From Botryllus schlosseri (lineage: Eukaryota), in assembly GCA_051294905.1 (NCBI GenBank), contig CM119372.1, forward strand, positions 8,434,001 through 8,494,000: a stretch of DNA of 60,000 bases, read 5' to 3'. Positions 9,201-22,300 of this stretch are shown here, in pieces. Position 1 is the stretch's first letter. Every line of letters starts with the position of its first letter. The position numbers were made by a program, and so were the translations under genes. The notes beneath the pieces were generated by a model. It ran no database searches and was not told where the DNA came from. It saw only the letters and a list, made by a program, of their open reading frames with translations.

Positions 9201-12200
9201 TGCATGAATATACTTTCAAAAATTCCTCCAATTTGCAGTGTTATTCTTCGTGAAGAAGCACCCTGCATTGGCTACTAAAAGAATGCATTATCTCCAGCAA
9301 ACCGTCATATGTTCAAACTAGATCCTAGATTACTTTTCAAATATTCTTTTTACGCCTCGAGTAGTTTTGACTTGTCTTGGATATCACTACGACTTGGAAA
9401 TGAGTAGGAATTTATGGCATTACTTCAACTTCTACCTGATTTCCAGTGTTGGCTATTTTGATCACCCCCGTATGTCGGCCTGTTGTTGTTGTTGCGGCCC
9501 TATGTGTGTTATGACATACTGCACAACAGACAGATACATTTACAGGCAGACATATTTTGTATCAGGTACTGCGTCTGTTCTCTACTTGTGGGTGATGATC
9601 GTCGTCAAAGCAGTGCAATGGGGTATCAACATGGATCCGGCTGTTGTGGGATCTCTGGATGTCAAGATGACGTTCCCGGCATTGACTGGAATGCTATCCC
9701 TTGCTTTCTTTCTGCATAAGTGAGTGCATTGTTTGGTTTCTTTAAGGTTGGTGTCGTTGTTTGGCAGATTTCTTACAATAATGAATCGATATCCTTGCAG
9801 GTTGCTCTTCATTTTAGCATGCGTCATAATGAAGAATGACATTTGAACGTGTGACTTTATAACCCCGAAACTAACTCACCCTTACCGTAATGGCGTAACC
9901 CCATCCAGAACCTACACCTAACTCAAGCAGCATGCTGAAGTTTCGCATGCTCATAATTATGTCAATGAACCATATATTCCGCCCAAAATTGTTTTGGGAT
10001 AGGAATAAGATGAGTTAGTCACTATTTGATGATGTCTTCTACTCATCCGTACGTAGCATCTATATTTTACTTAGTGGTATTGCAGTGCAACTTCCTGCTT
10101 GGGTTTATCAAAATTATGTCAAGTTAATGTAACGGGAAATTTGTTACCTGTTTCCTGTTAATATGTCCTGTCGATTGGATTGAATGTCCTTTCGTGTTAT
10201 ATCGCGCACATTTTAGATTAGCTCTTGCACGTGACACAATAGGACGTGACTTTCAAGACAAGTCGCCGCAGATCCTAATTGCATATCTCGTGATGACCAT
10301 CATCATTAGATGGTGTCCTTGCGGTATAAACGGAACGCAGAGAATATGGTATTGCATAGTGCCTTTGAACAAATTGCAAGATGGTAACGGTTACGATAGC
10401 TGGGGGATACTGGAAGTGCAATGCATACTTTCCAATTGTTCATATAATTATAGTAATGTGTTTACAGACGTTGCGATGCTCGTCATGCGATTCAATCCGC
10501 AGTAGGATCATGTGTAATTAAAATACGTTCGTCTCAATTGACAGCATCGTTCACTCTTCATCTGAGTGCACTTTACCGTCCGACCCAATTTAAAGTCTTT
10601 GTTTGCCTGTTAATAAATTCCGAATGGTGGCTGCGACATAGATTTGCCTGAAGACTTTGTATTCTTCCAGCGCCGTGATCACAATTCTGCGAAACAATAA
10701 GCACCAGGAGAATAATGTGCGCGACTTATCGATCGGTTACCTCCTCGTGATGGTAACGTACATGTTCGTCGGTATTCTGTTTTTCGCGTCGTTTCCACTG
10801 CCCAAAGATTGCATTTCTTCCGTGAGTATTTCGTCGAAGACCTTACCAGCATCTTCGAGCGATGGCGTTCTGTTATTTGTTGATCGATATTGCATTTTCA
10901 GAATTTGTTGAATAACTTGCCTTCCGACGACCTGCTCGCTGTCGTGGCCAGAGCGTTCCTGCTTTTTCAAATGATCACCGTCTTCCCGCTGCTAGCGTAT
11001 ATATTACGTGTTCAGTTCCTGCACGCGCTGTTTGGGTGTATATGGCCTGGGTATGATTTTTATTCATCTTATTCGACGCGTTTTTAATTTTTGTTGCATA
11101 TTTAGTAACTGTGATTCTGCAGATTTTACCATGCTTTACTAGATTTGGATTGAAATTGCATTTTGAAATATACTAGGGTCAAACACTGTTGAGACTAAAA
11201 CTACCGATTATACAATAATAATGTTCGATGCAACGGTAATTTGGAATGAAGTTGTGATTTGAGCACATTATCCGTGACAAACACGGCGATCTTATTTCCA
11301 GCCCGTCATGTTGTATAATGTTCACGTCGAAAGGAGCGGGCTAAATTCCGTCTCAGCTGATTCGAATCACGCCTCAAATTTGGATTGAAACGAAATACAA
11401 AGCGATTTGTACAGCGAGAACCGCCGAACTACTGCTTAACGAAATCATAAAATAATAATCACTGGTCGTAACTCGCAAGTCACGAACGGCGCCACAGTCA
11501 CATCGTTCCCGGTCTGGGAATCCCAGCTGCGCCTTAGTTCCATTGAACAGGTAGAGGCTGCTACAGCTTATTGATAGGATTTGAAAGCCAAACGAATGTG
11601 TCTTTATTCACGATTCCCGGTGCCCGAGATCGTCACTTGAACTGTGCAGGCGGGAATTCACTGTTATTAGATGCTGGAAATCGAAACCGTTTTTTCCAAT
11701 CACAAACTATAAAGTGCTGAAATGTAATTTCCTAGTTGATGCCATTGCAATTCCAGGATTCGAATCATGGAGACTGGAGAGTGATTCGAATCGGCGATTC
11801 ACTTGGCCTATCCCTAGTAGTCGATGTAATGAGTAATTTAAGGCGTAGAAACAGCGATTCGCGTAGTTGGAATCGATTCAAGTCTTGATGACGTACTCCT
11901 TCCATTCTTTCAAGTGCCGATTTCATCTCCTTTGTGACTACAGAATGGTCTCTCAAATTAATCTGAATTAATTGTATATTATTATTTCTCGAACCAGGAG
12001 TAATAGCCGTATGGAGGATTTGTTAAAGCACCCGAGAATTGGCATTAATTGTGCAATGACATGTTGTAAGCAGTAAAAATGTAGGGTTGGGCATTTCAGA
12101 GTAACCTTCGAACTAGGGTTGGATTATAACGGTTAACCGGTTAACCGCAGGTTTTTTGTTATCTGATATCCGGATATATTTCTGCCGGCTAACCGGATAA

Positions 12201-13441
12201 AATAGTATCGTTGATAATGCGTTTTACACGTTTTAGTAAGCTTCAATAAGTCGTATTATCAGTGTTGCGCGCGGCCAATTAGCGAGAAGCGTGTTGCCAA
12301 TTAACGAGATACGTCTGTGCATAATGTAACGCGATGCAATCTCCGGCTGAAGAGATCGCCAAATTAGGTCATTGATTGCCGCGCGCCCGGCTATCGTTGC
12401 TGGCCTGTTTTATCGAGTCTTTAGCAAGCCTATGGTTCTGCCGGCGGAATCGCATCTGCAATAGGCCCTGTGGACACTATAACATCACTGGCCTGCACAA
12501 TCGCATCTGCATTGACTTTGTGCTCACGATATTATCGCTGGCCTACACAACCGCATCAGCAATAGGCATGGCACGAAAGATATCATCGTTTCATCGCTGG
12601 CCTAATAATCGCGTCTCGGGCCTGGCATGCGTTCAATTTGCGTGATTTTTCTCGTATTCGCTCGTACTGCGCGTGTACGTGTAGATCTACAATACACTGT
12701 GTAATGATTTTGCGATCCATTTTTCATGCAGACCTCGTGAAATCGATTGTCTCACTTAGCAGTTATTATCCGGTTAACCGGTTAGCTAAATGCCAAATAT
12801 ACGGATATATCCGTTATCCGGATAGTGAAAATTGTTGACATCCGAACTAACCCTACTTCGAACGTGTCCAACATTTATCAACGAGCTACCTATTGTTATA
12901 TCAATGGTTCAAAATTTGACTGCATGACGCTGTGGTGGTACTCGGCTACAGAAATCTAATCCCCGATTTTGCCTGTGCCGGGCAACGAGATTATATATAG
13001 ATACTTGACAGGTTTCTTCACGTCCTCGTACTCAACGTGTTCTTGGTGGCGGTTTGCGTATTGGTCGCAGTTTTTTACCCCCACATAGGAGATATTATCA
13101 GGTGAGCTATAGCTATTGTTAATGTTTTAATACCTCAGGTCTGACGCGTCGCCGGCGTGAGACGACGCTTTTTCGATTTTAACCTTTAAACACTGTGATA
13201 TCATTTTCATCACTGGCGTCACAATATCTTCTTTTTTCACGCTGTACCATTGATGCATTTCAGGTATAGCGGATCCCTGTGCGGTCTGGTTTATATCTTC
13301 ATTCTCCCGGTGTCCGTGTACATGATGGCGACTTACCGCGAAGGATCGCTGAAGCCCATTTCTATCGTAGTGCACTCGTTAATCATTTGCGTCGGTGTGG
13401 CTAATTTTATTGCTCAGTTCTTAATCACCCCTTCGAAATGA
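6254..13441 (+). CDS. SLC38A9: Lysosomal amino-acid transporter/arginine sensor SLC38A9, 11 exons, about 577 aa
   Basis: join(6254-6381,6454-6700,7642-7727,8276-8433,8499-8660,8717-8947,9566-9719,10671-10821,10902-11050,13012-13101,13264-13441), all GT-AG and frame-consistent (1734 nt). Motifs [77 protein letters not shown]. Confidence 0.93.
8957..9470. mobile_element. Decayed copy of the CAGAGGTGGTC / AGTAGAAGTA hAT-like family in SLC38A9 intron 6
   Basis: CAGAGGTG..GGTCAGTAACGAAGTGCTTCTAC start, GATCACCCCCG end; TSD-like TATGTTGT/TATGTCGG. Confidence 0.6.
12114..12855. mobile_element. hAT-like MITE (TIR TAGGGTT, TAACCGG/ATCCGG subterminal repeats) in SLC38A9 intron 9
   Basis: TAGGGTTGG...CTAACCCTA; perfect TSD CTTCGAAC at 12106-12113 and 12856-12863. 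Confidence 0.88.
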
Positions 13442-13722
13442 AGTGCTTTGACTCTTACTACCTCAACGCTGCACTTGATCGTGTGTGATATTTTCATATC
13501 GTTTCATTGCACTGTGCCCGCTCTCTCTAATAGTGGTTCCAGGATTTTACTGCAATGGCGTGTCTGAAGGTATTCCAGTGTCGTCTCTCTTTACCGTTTG
13601 TCTCGTCGCTTTTATTGTGTCGGTTAATTTGTTGATTTTTTACGAATATGACTTTACTGATTGATGGGATTTCTGCGTGGCAGTGAAACTACGAGAAAGG
13701 AATGTGTTTCGAAGGTTGTGTC

Positions 13723-14164
13723 CGGGTTGGAACCAGGTCACAAGTCCATTTGAGTCAAATAATTTGACTGCTTTAGTTTTGACTGGACCAAGTCTAGTTA
13801 TTCTGAATTCACCACCGAGTTCAATAAGTCAATGAGCAACGGCCCGAGTGTTAGTGCCTAAGACCCAAGTCTTAGTGTATACTTTTCATTATCGAGTTCA
13901 AGTCAGGTTCAAACTCAATTGTGTGAAACTCCTCGGTGATATCGAAGACATCGCATCCGCAATATACTCATTTTCGCACTCTGAATGAACATTTTCATTC
14001 AAACAGATAAAAGGCAGTTTCTGGGCCAATTACCGGTCCTGATATACGACACTTCAATAAAGTCATGTAGAATGTGTCCAGTCATGCGCAATAAATCCAG
14101 TCAATAAACAAACCACAAACTATACTCAGCAGCTATCACTATTCGACTCCGCCTCCAAACCCTG
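13723..14164. mobile_element. Decayed hAT-like MITE downstream of the SLC38A9 stop codon
   Basis: CGGGTTGGA...TCCAAACCCTG; TSD GTTGTGTC/GTTGTGCC; degenerate CAAGTC/GAGTC subterminal repeats. Confidence 0.7.
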
Positions 14165-15227
14165 GTTGTGCCGCAAGATTTACGGTGATTAGGCAGAAGA
14201 GGTTGATTGCTGGGGCGGACGTAACCAAGGAGCCCTTTCGAGCTAATGCAAACTATCGAAACGAAAATAAATCAGTGTGCATGCCTCCTATTCACATCGC
14301 CCAGTTCGGTGTCTGATCTCAAAGACAATAACTCCAAGTCGTTTCGGCACCTCAGTATCTTTCATTTTATTGCAGTCCTGTGAAATGAAATTCTATGAAT
14401 AAAGTTGAACTGAACTCTTCGAAGTCGTTCCGACTAAATTATATCTTAATCAATCAATCGACAGATTATATTTGCATCTGCCCAAGACACACACACAATG
14501 TAGAATGCGATATAGACACACAATGCGGTGTAATGAACAGATAGGGGGATACCGAACGACCAACCAGTTGGGGTCTCTTGAACTGGCACCCATATCTTTC
14601 AATTATATTACACTACTTTTGATGCTGCTCTCTCGGGATCTTAACAAAAAAGCCAAAAGAAATACACGATGAAGGACGAGTGCACGGAAGAAAATGAAAA
14701 ATAGCGATTGATTGATTGATTGTTTGAATTCGACAATGAACAAAGAAATATTCGCACCGGAGCTATACCATGATTTTCGTAGCTAATACCTGTTTTCGTA
14801 CCTGTTACTTTACAGCTTACAGTCATCCTGCTCTGTCGATTAGCAATCCGCTCATGAACGCCGGCTTGGGAATGGGACCCACTGCGATAAATCGAATGAC
14901 GCGAGTGTCTCGCAATAGCAATTTACTGTGTAGAAGCGCTGTAAATAGTTATGGTCGTATTCTCTATTATGTCGTACTAGTTTCATGCCTTTGTCATTAG
15001 TAATAGAATATAATTGGCATAGAGATGAAACTAGTACATTAATCAATGCACATATTGTACAATGTAGATTGTACCATAAAGGCTATGATTGTACGTCCAG
15101 AGTCATAAATCGCGTTCTTTTTGGCTCATCGCCATCTGCGTTCTGCGAGTTATCTTATACATCATGTATAGGCTACATTTCTAGATAACACTACACTAAA
15201 CAAAAGACAAGTGAAATTCGTTTCGAC

Positions 15228-15805
15228 CGAGAGAGATATGATATTCTTTTTCGCCTGCACCATCGAGATGCTTTGACGACGGAGTTGCGATACGGCCGTG
15301 AGGTCATCTATAGTCTGCGCCTCCGTTTTTTCTTCTCCATATGCTATCCGTGATTGCTGAGCACCTAGCAGGATGGCTGCGGATACCAATTTCCGAGTCT
15401 TTGGTATGACCCGGCCGGGGACGACCTACCGATCGAGAAGCCGGGCGCAGTGGTGGCTTTTGGGGTGGGCAAAGTGGGCGGTCGCCCGGGGACCCCCTGG
15501 TCGAAGGGCCCCCCTCTTTGGTTCTACCGCTTTTTTCAAGGGTTGTAGCGAATAGACGTGGAAATCCTTGTACCAATCAAGAAGATGTTTCCGTTCAGAT
15601 GAGTAAATCATCAAATCTCCGCATTTGTTATTAAAGTCCCATACCACGACAGTAATGAAGTCTCTGCATGCCTGTGAAGGCTCCTCCCCCAGAAGCTGCG
15701 ATTACATACTTATAGGGGGCCCCCCGGAAGTCTCGCCCAGCTCCCCCCCTTCCCCAATCGTAGGGTCACCACTGGCCGGGCACATACCCATTACACTATC
15801 TCACA
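15228..15805 (-). mobile_element. tRNA-derived SINE split by a MITE insertion
   Basis: 15228-15447 is the reverse complement of the SINE body at 3840-4070; the 5' head resumes at 15775-15805 (CCCATTACACTATCTCACA). Confidence 0.85.
15448..15774. mobile_element. hAT-like MITE (TIR CAGTGGTGRC) inserted in the SINE head
   Basis: CAGTGGTGGC...GTCACCACTG; TSD GCCGGGCG/GCCGGGCA. Confidence 0.85.
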
Positions 15806-16346
15806 TCTCAGCATCTCAGTATCTCAGCATCCAATCTTTTCATGTTATAGCAGTCTTGTGGTATGTTAGTTATCTGTAGCCTGATACGTAGTAGTACGTA
15901 AATACTTGGCGCATACGAAGCTACGCCGTTAGAAGGCGCTCTGCATCATCTTTTGACGTTGTCCTTCTGATCGCGTTGTGTCTATATGCAGTTCTGTTTG
16001 CAAATTGAAGCAGTGGATGGAAAATCGGAATTCCTAAGTAGATCAAATGATAGTTACAAACTTGGACTTTGCTTTGATCTTCTGTGATGCATCTAAAGAT
16101 ATGCTTATGGCTATTATTATTTACATCGATTACGATGTTGGCTTCTTCAGACGATGTTATTTTAACGCTGGAGCTACCTGAATTGCAGTCTGTATGGTCT
16201 ACCCCTCGCCGGTTCTACGTATACATAATCGTTTCTAGTAACTTGGGTGTGTTATGTAACCAGTGCCTGTTATGCTGGGAATGGATCTCTGATTCTCTGA
16301 AAATATACCTTATACTGTGAACTCGTGGGAACATTCTATCCAAGCA

Positions 16347-19300
16347 ATGGGGTATGTTATTGTGATGCTATCTTTTGTTAATGTGATACGGATGTAATGT
16401 TTGCCTTTACTTACAGGGAGATTCCAATCTATACGGCAAAGGCTCATGTTTTCGTTATTGATCCAGTCACCAAGAAGTCTTGGGTCCCTGCAAGTAAAAA
16501 TGCAATACCCGTCAACTTCTTCTATGATTCTTCAAGAAACACTTACCGTATAATCGGTGTTGAGGACTCCAAGGTTTGAAAATTTGTGTATCTTTTCAAT
16601 GACTTGAAATATAGATGACTGACGAGATGTATAATGTATAAGCAACTATGTTGTTGAACTATGACACCATATTGAAACTGCGTAAACACTTGATATTGAA
16701 TACTATGTGAACTCTTTTCAGTCCAATAGAGTTACGAATAATACTATTATTTGCTGTTATGCAACCATCACTTGTTCACCACAGTCAGTGACTCAGTTCC
16801 ATTTAACGCTACTTTTTGCAATTCTGTGTTAGTGGTAGAGTAATGTTATTTTCATTGTGTGTCATACTCACAAACTACCGCTAGTGTGTATGATTTGGTT
16901 ATGTGATGTTCCATCAGACGTTGGAAGCACTGGCATTCCAATTCAATTTCAATAAATTTATTGTTAACAATTTTATCATTTCAATACACCATGCTGAGAT
17001 ACTGGTCATATTGACTCATCAAATTTCAGTTTCTATTCTGGAGACCTCGTTCCTTAAAATTTTCGATTGCAGAAACCATCTTTTCATTGCAGATATTTGA
17101 CTTCCTCAATCGTTCACACTTTTAGTGGCTTTAGTATTTGTGCAGGATTAACCTATGTTAACCTAAATATTCCTTCATCTTCTGTATGGGCTAATAAACA
17201 ATTCAAGTACGCCGTACTTCGCAAAAATTCAGAAGACTGACTATTCCAAAACACAATGTCGAAGTAAATTTAGGTATGCATTGTAGTTGTGACAGGGGTT
17301 GAAGACTAATAATTCATCATCTCCATGAATTTTTTACCACTTGCACATAATCTTGAATGGTTCATTAGCTTGTATTGGCATCACATCAAACAATATTAGT
17401 ACAGTAGGCTATGTGAAATGGTTTCTGGTTCTGGAAGTTTTGATTTATGATTGGAGTATTGTGCAGGCGTGCAGCAGTTGATATGCAATGTGCTGGAAAC
17501 TTATTGGATTTCTTCTCCACTTCAATGCCTTTTTTTCTTCCCCATGAATATGATTGATGATTTGTTACTTGCCTTATAGCGCAATGTTGTGTGGTATTAG
17601 GCAACTTTAGGATGTTGTATAGTGACTTGGTGGCTTGATAGTGCCGTTATCACGAAATTTATGCCATTGAAACAGTAATATGCGAATGAAAATCAACTTG
17701 GCATTGAATAATTAATGAAATGTGACTCAGCTTTTCGCTCTACAGAGCAAGTGTTATAAATTGCATCTGTCTCATGTCTTGCAGTTGTTACCATTGGATA
17801 ATAGTGTAAATTTATTTGGATATTATAGTACCTATTTGTTATCAGCCGAATGTATATTACTCTGTTTGCAACTTATTGAATTTTTGAATACTTCAGATAG
17901 TGACAGTATGCATGATCTTGTTACAGCCCGTTATAAACAGTACTGTCACGCCAAACATGGCTTTCAACAAGACTTCAACAAAATTCGGACAATGGGCCGA
18001 CGTCCGCGCCAATACAGTGTATGGGCTTGGTTTCTCCTCTGACACACTACTAAATAAATTTGCCGATCAATTTGAAGATATTAGGTTTGTAAGAATTTGG
18101 TATCCATTTATTTATTATTACATTCATATCTGTACTGTGATATTTTGAGATGATGGACCTTCAGTGTCCTTACTTTGCTTAGAGCTGCATAAAATATCAG
18201 TTATTGGCAATAGAAAATACTTGAGATGGTAGAGTTCATGGGTTCATTACTACTGTTATTGTGGTATGCCGGTATGGTTCACCGTACTACATCGGCAATA
18301 ATAACATTGAAATAGTCTCCTCATAACATCAATATCATTTATAGGCCAATTTGGCATACTTTCAAATGGTTTGATTTGAATGTGCTACCGTACCCTGATG
18401 ATATAGGCAGTATTTTTTATGTGTGTTCCCTTGACATTTTTGCACCTATGGTTGCTGATGCAAAGACCACAACTGACTAATTACGATTACGGGCCATCAT
18501 GACAAGCTCATAATTGAGTTCATAATGCATCTTTTATCATTCTTCGATAGACTATTCTGTCAAATCCAATTTGTGTCTGTATTCATATCAATTATGACCA
18601 GATATGGATTTCATGTCATTTTTGCATGTATTACAAGGATCACGTTGTATATTGGCCAAGTTGGTGCTATCAGCCAGTTTGTTTGACTGTAGCATAAGAT
18701 ATGACTTTCTACGATAATTTGAAGGTCTGTCGCTATTGATTCGGGCTTTTAGTGAAAGTAGTGATATCTTAGTGTAGCGATTAAGTGGAGAAAAGTCCGA
18801 TGCTTGCTCAAGTTGTTGTTTTACATTATCACAATATGCATTAAAGAGCATTCTATAAAAATATTAGCAGTGTTGCCTAGCAGTGTCAATTTAGCTTTGA
18901 CTTAAATTAGTTTAAGATCATAGCGATTTTTTTTCATTCATTTTCTGCACAGTTAACTGTTTTGTAAATTGAAATGCATTGATCTTGTCAATAGTCTGGT
19001 CTTGAGACTCCGACACTCATTGAAAGGTATGATCTACGTGGCACGATCAATAGGCTATAATTTACAGCGTGGTTATTCCGAAGCGAGTGGGGTGCTATTG
19101 CAGTATTGACAACCGTTAATTGACATTGATATTGAATGATACTCCATATACTTGATGACGGAATACAAATATCATTTTGACCCTATTTCAGGGAACGTTC
19201 CAATAAACTCGATGTCGACTCCTTGCTGAATCAGACCAACGGTATTAAATTGAGTGAAAATGCTACAAGTGCTTCGATGCCACAGAAGGAAAAGGTATGA

Positions 19301-22300
19301 ATTATGTACATGAAGAATATTGGAACATTAACTCGCTCATCTATGGCCCATAGTCTGTCTGTGCTATTTGATGTATTTCAAGTTGAAAGCGCACTGCGCT
19401 CTAAATATAATGTGGTCTCGAATTGAAGGAAGGAATAGCAGCCATTTTTCTGGCCTTCGTATTCCAACCGCAACTAAAAGATTTTCCCAAAAGTACTTCA
19501 GTTTGAATGCAGTGGCTTCTGAGAAAAATCACTGATGCCTAAATGTTTTTCAACGTTGATTTGGGAACTCGTGTATCTATAGCGCTGTGTCCGTTCAAGG
19601 ATAGCTAAAACAAGACCATTCATAGCTTAATATTGACTTGGTGTTCTTGTTAACAGAGCTAACAGCTTTGCAGCACCTGTTTTATGTCCGAGCTTACGTC
19701 AGGGCTGTGCTGTCAACATAGCGTAGATAGGCTAGTTTTTGCAATTTGACATCTGTCAAGAACATTTAGGAGTTTATAGGTTGGATATGCGATAATGTAC
19801 AAGCTCTTATCACTGAGAATCCTATGTATGTTTGTTACGCGTGGTCTTATCAAGCCATTGTGGTTGGATGTGCGAGTCCATTAACATTCCAAGTTTCTGG
19901 AATAATACTGCCGCCAACCATATTTTCTGCCAACTTCGATTGCATCTGATCTGTGTGTGTGTGTACTCCAAACATAATAAATTGTAGAAAATCATCAGAA
20001 ATTGTTCAATATGCAAGTGTTAGGCCTAGTGTCATTTTGGTTGGTATTCTCTTAATCATACTCCAGCTCAGTTATAGGAAATATATTCGTGGCATAGGGA
20101 GTCCTTTTTTCGTTCCCTTGAGATTTATCCAGATTTGGGTTAGCCTAGAAGCCATCCCTGCAAATTCATTTCAATGATATTTGCCCAAAACTGTTTTGTC
20201 TTTGGTACTCGGCCTCAGCTGTTGCTTTGTACGTTATTAACACCTCGCCATTTCTGCTTTTCGTCAGTCAGCGTTTGCCCATCTTTCAACGTCAGAAGTT
20301 ATTTTATGATGCGCAGGTGAATTTGTCTTTTCCGCATTAAAGCTGTTAATAATTCATACCCTTGACCGTGGGTTGTTACTCGTAAAAAAAAACACCGTGA
20401 GAGTGATCTATCGTATCATAACTTGATATTACTCTCATGCGCCGTATTGCTACTCGTCTTTATTGATTGGGTTAATACCCGCGGTGCGTTGGACACACAT
20501 TTTCGTTTTTGATACATTTTGAGGGTGGCGTCCGTATCAATCTAGATTTATTCACCAGTTCGTCACGTTGGTGTAGAACCTTTCATGATGTCTTGTTTTC
20601 AGTTTTGCCGTGCTTACAATGCTAGTGAAGGTGATCTTCAAAAATACCATCTGCATTTCCAAGTAATTATTACATTTAGTAGGCTGAGTAAAATCGCACC
20701 ACTTTGATGCAATTGGTAAAAATGAAACTAAGCAAAGAAAACGTTTTTAAAGTGTAAGGCATGAGAAAATGACTGAAAACCAGTCGTCAGGTATTGGCAT
20801 TTGTAGCAAGCATGACAGCGGCGATGCTTTGTTTGTAAAATCTCTTGACACCAGACTGGTCGGAAAGTCCATGAATTTGCATTCGGCTTTACTCTGTCAT
20901 GTACAACAAATCATGTCGAATTGAAATTTCACACCGCTCCTAACATCGCTTTTAAGACGGTAACAGAAAGAGTACGCTTTGGCTTAGGGCATTTTAATGG
21001 CCTGGGGGGAAAAGCGATCTTCAGACTCTCGAAATCGGTGTCCCATTTCCGGAAAGTAATGTGGTTCAATCCCCAGTTGCTTGATTGGTATTTTCCGATT
21101 AGCGTAGGCTAAATTTGTGCAGCCAAGGCTAATCTCCGCATACACAGCCGGGTTACCAGCCAGGAATATTTTCCAATTAGCGCTGGATAAATTCGTATGG
21201 CCAAAGCTCTAATCTCCCAATGTGCAGCTATGGCTATTGTTAGCAAAAACTTGCTGAGATTCATAAGAATGAGTTTGCGCTTTAGGACATGCTGTTGAAG
21301 AAAGAGCAAGACGAAGAGCTGGTTAGTTCTGCTTCGGACGACAGCCGATCGTTGTCGAATCAGAGCAATTCCGAAGTGAAATACCTGCGTATGAGCAACG
21401 ACAAGCTGAAATTGGCATTGGCGCAGAGGTTGGTTTGGTCGTTTTTCGGAAAAGTGTAGGATCAGATGGGTGTAATGTGCGGCCCTGAGAGGGGAAGTGT
21501 GCATCTGGTGACTAGGTGCCGATTTTGAATGGCGTGTTGTCCGCAAAAGGATTCCGATTTATCTTGGTGTGATACGTTTCAGCTTGGGTCAAGAGGGCGA
21601 AGGAAAGTTTTTAAAAAAAATCACTAAAATATTTGCATATGCTGACTTTGCACGTAAATATTTTTGACAAAATTACCTGACAATTTATATGCGCTTTGCT
21701 TTCCTGCAGCTATTCAAGATTGTTATGTATTGTATGGTATCGAACTTTATTGATAAGTCTCGCCAGCAATGTTACTCATTCTTAATGGAATCGTGGACCT
21801 TGCAGCTACCGGTTTTTTCGCATCATTGACATCTGGTCCAATTGTCCAAAAGGTTGCACACCCTATTGCTACACGTAAATTTTGGCGGTGTGCCTCGGTC
21901 AAGGCTCGCTTGTTCAAACAACAACATTGCGATTTTATTCTGCGTAGCGTCATGGGTCTCTATCTTGTCTGGGAAAACTGCCTTTTAAATCCAAGTTCAA
22001 ACGATCGTAACAATATGACGATGTTTATTTGAACGGGTGGGTTCCAATGATGTAAACATCCGGATTCAGCTGCCAATTTAAACAGCGCTGTGCTCGTAAT
22101 CACTTGGAGTCGCACTATCTTGGCTTCGCAGCTCGTCAAACGCCAAGAAATGGGAAACGGAACTCCAAGCGTTGAAAAACACCAACGCCCGCCTCACCAC
22201 GGCCCTGCAAGAGTCGATGACCAACGTGGACCAGTGGCACAGGCAGCTGTCCATGTACAAGGAGGAGAATGAAAAATACAAGAAGAAGGTGAACATATTT

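Noticed and set aside
9860..9925. Degenerate CCCTAA-like tract in an SLC38A9 intron
   Set aside because: Too short and decayed to assign to the telomere-array element
11330..11816. GATTCGAATC repeats ending in TATCCCTA, possible MITE
   Set aside because: Left TIR and TSD not identifiable
14490..14600. Similarity to 42400-42470 (ATGAACAGATAGGGGGA)
   Set aside because: Likely an old dispersed repeat, but boundaries and class cannot be defined
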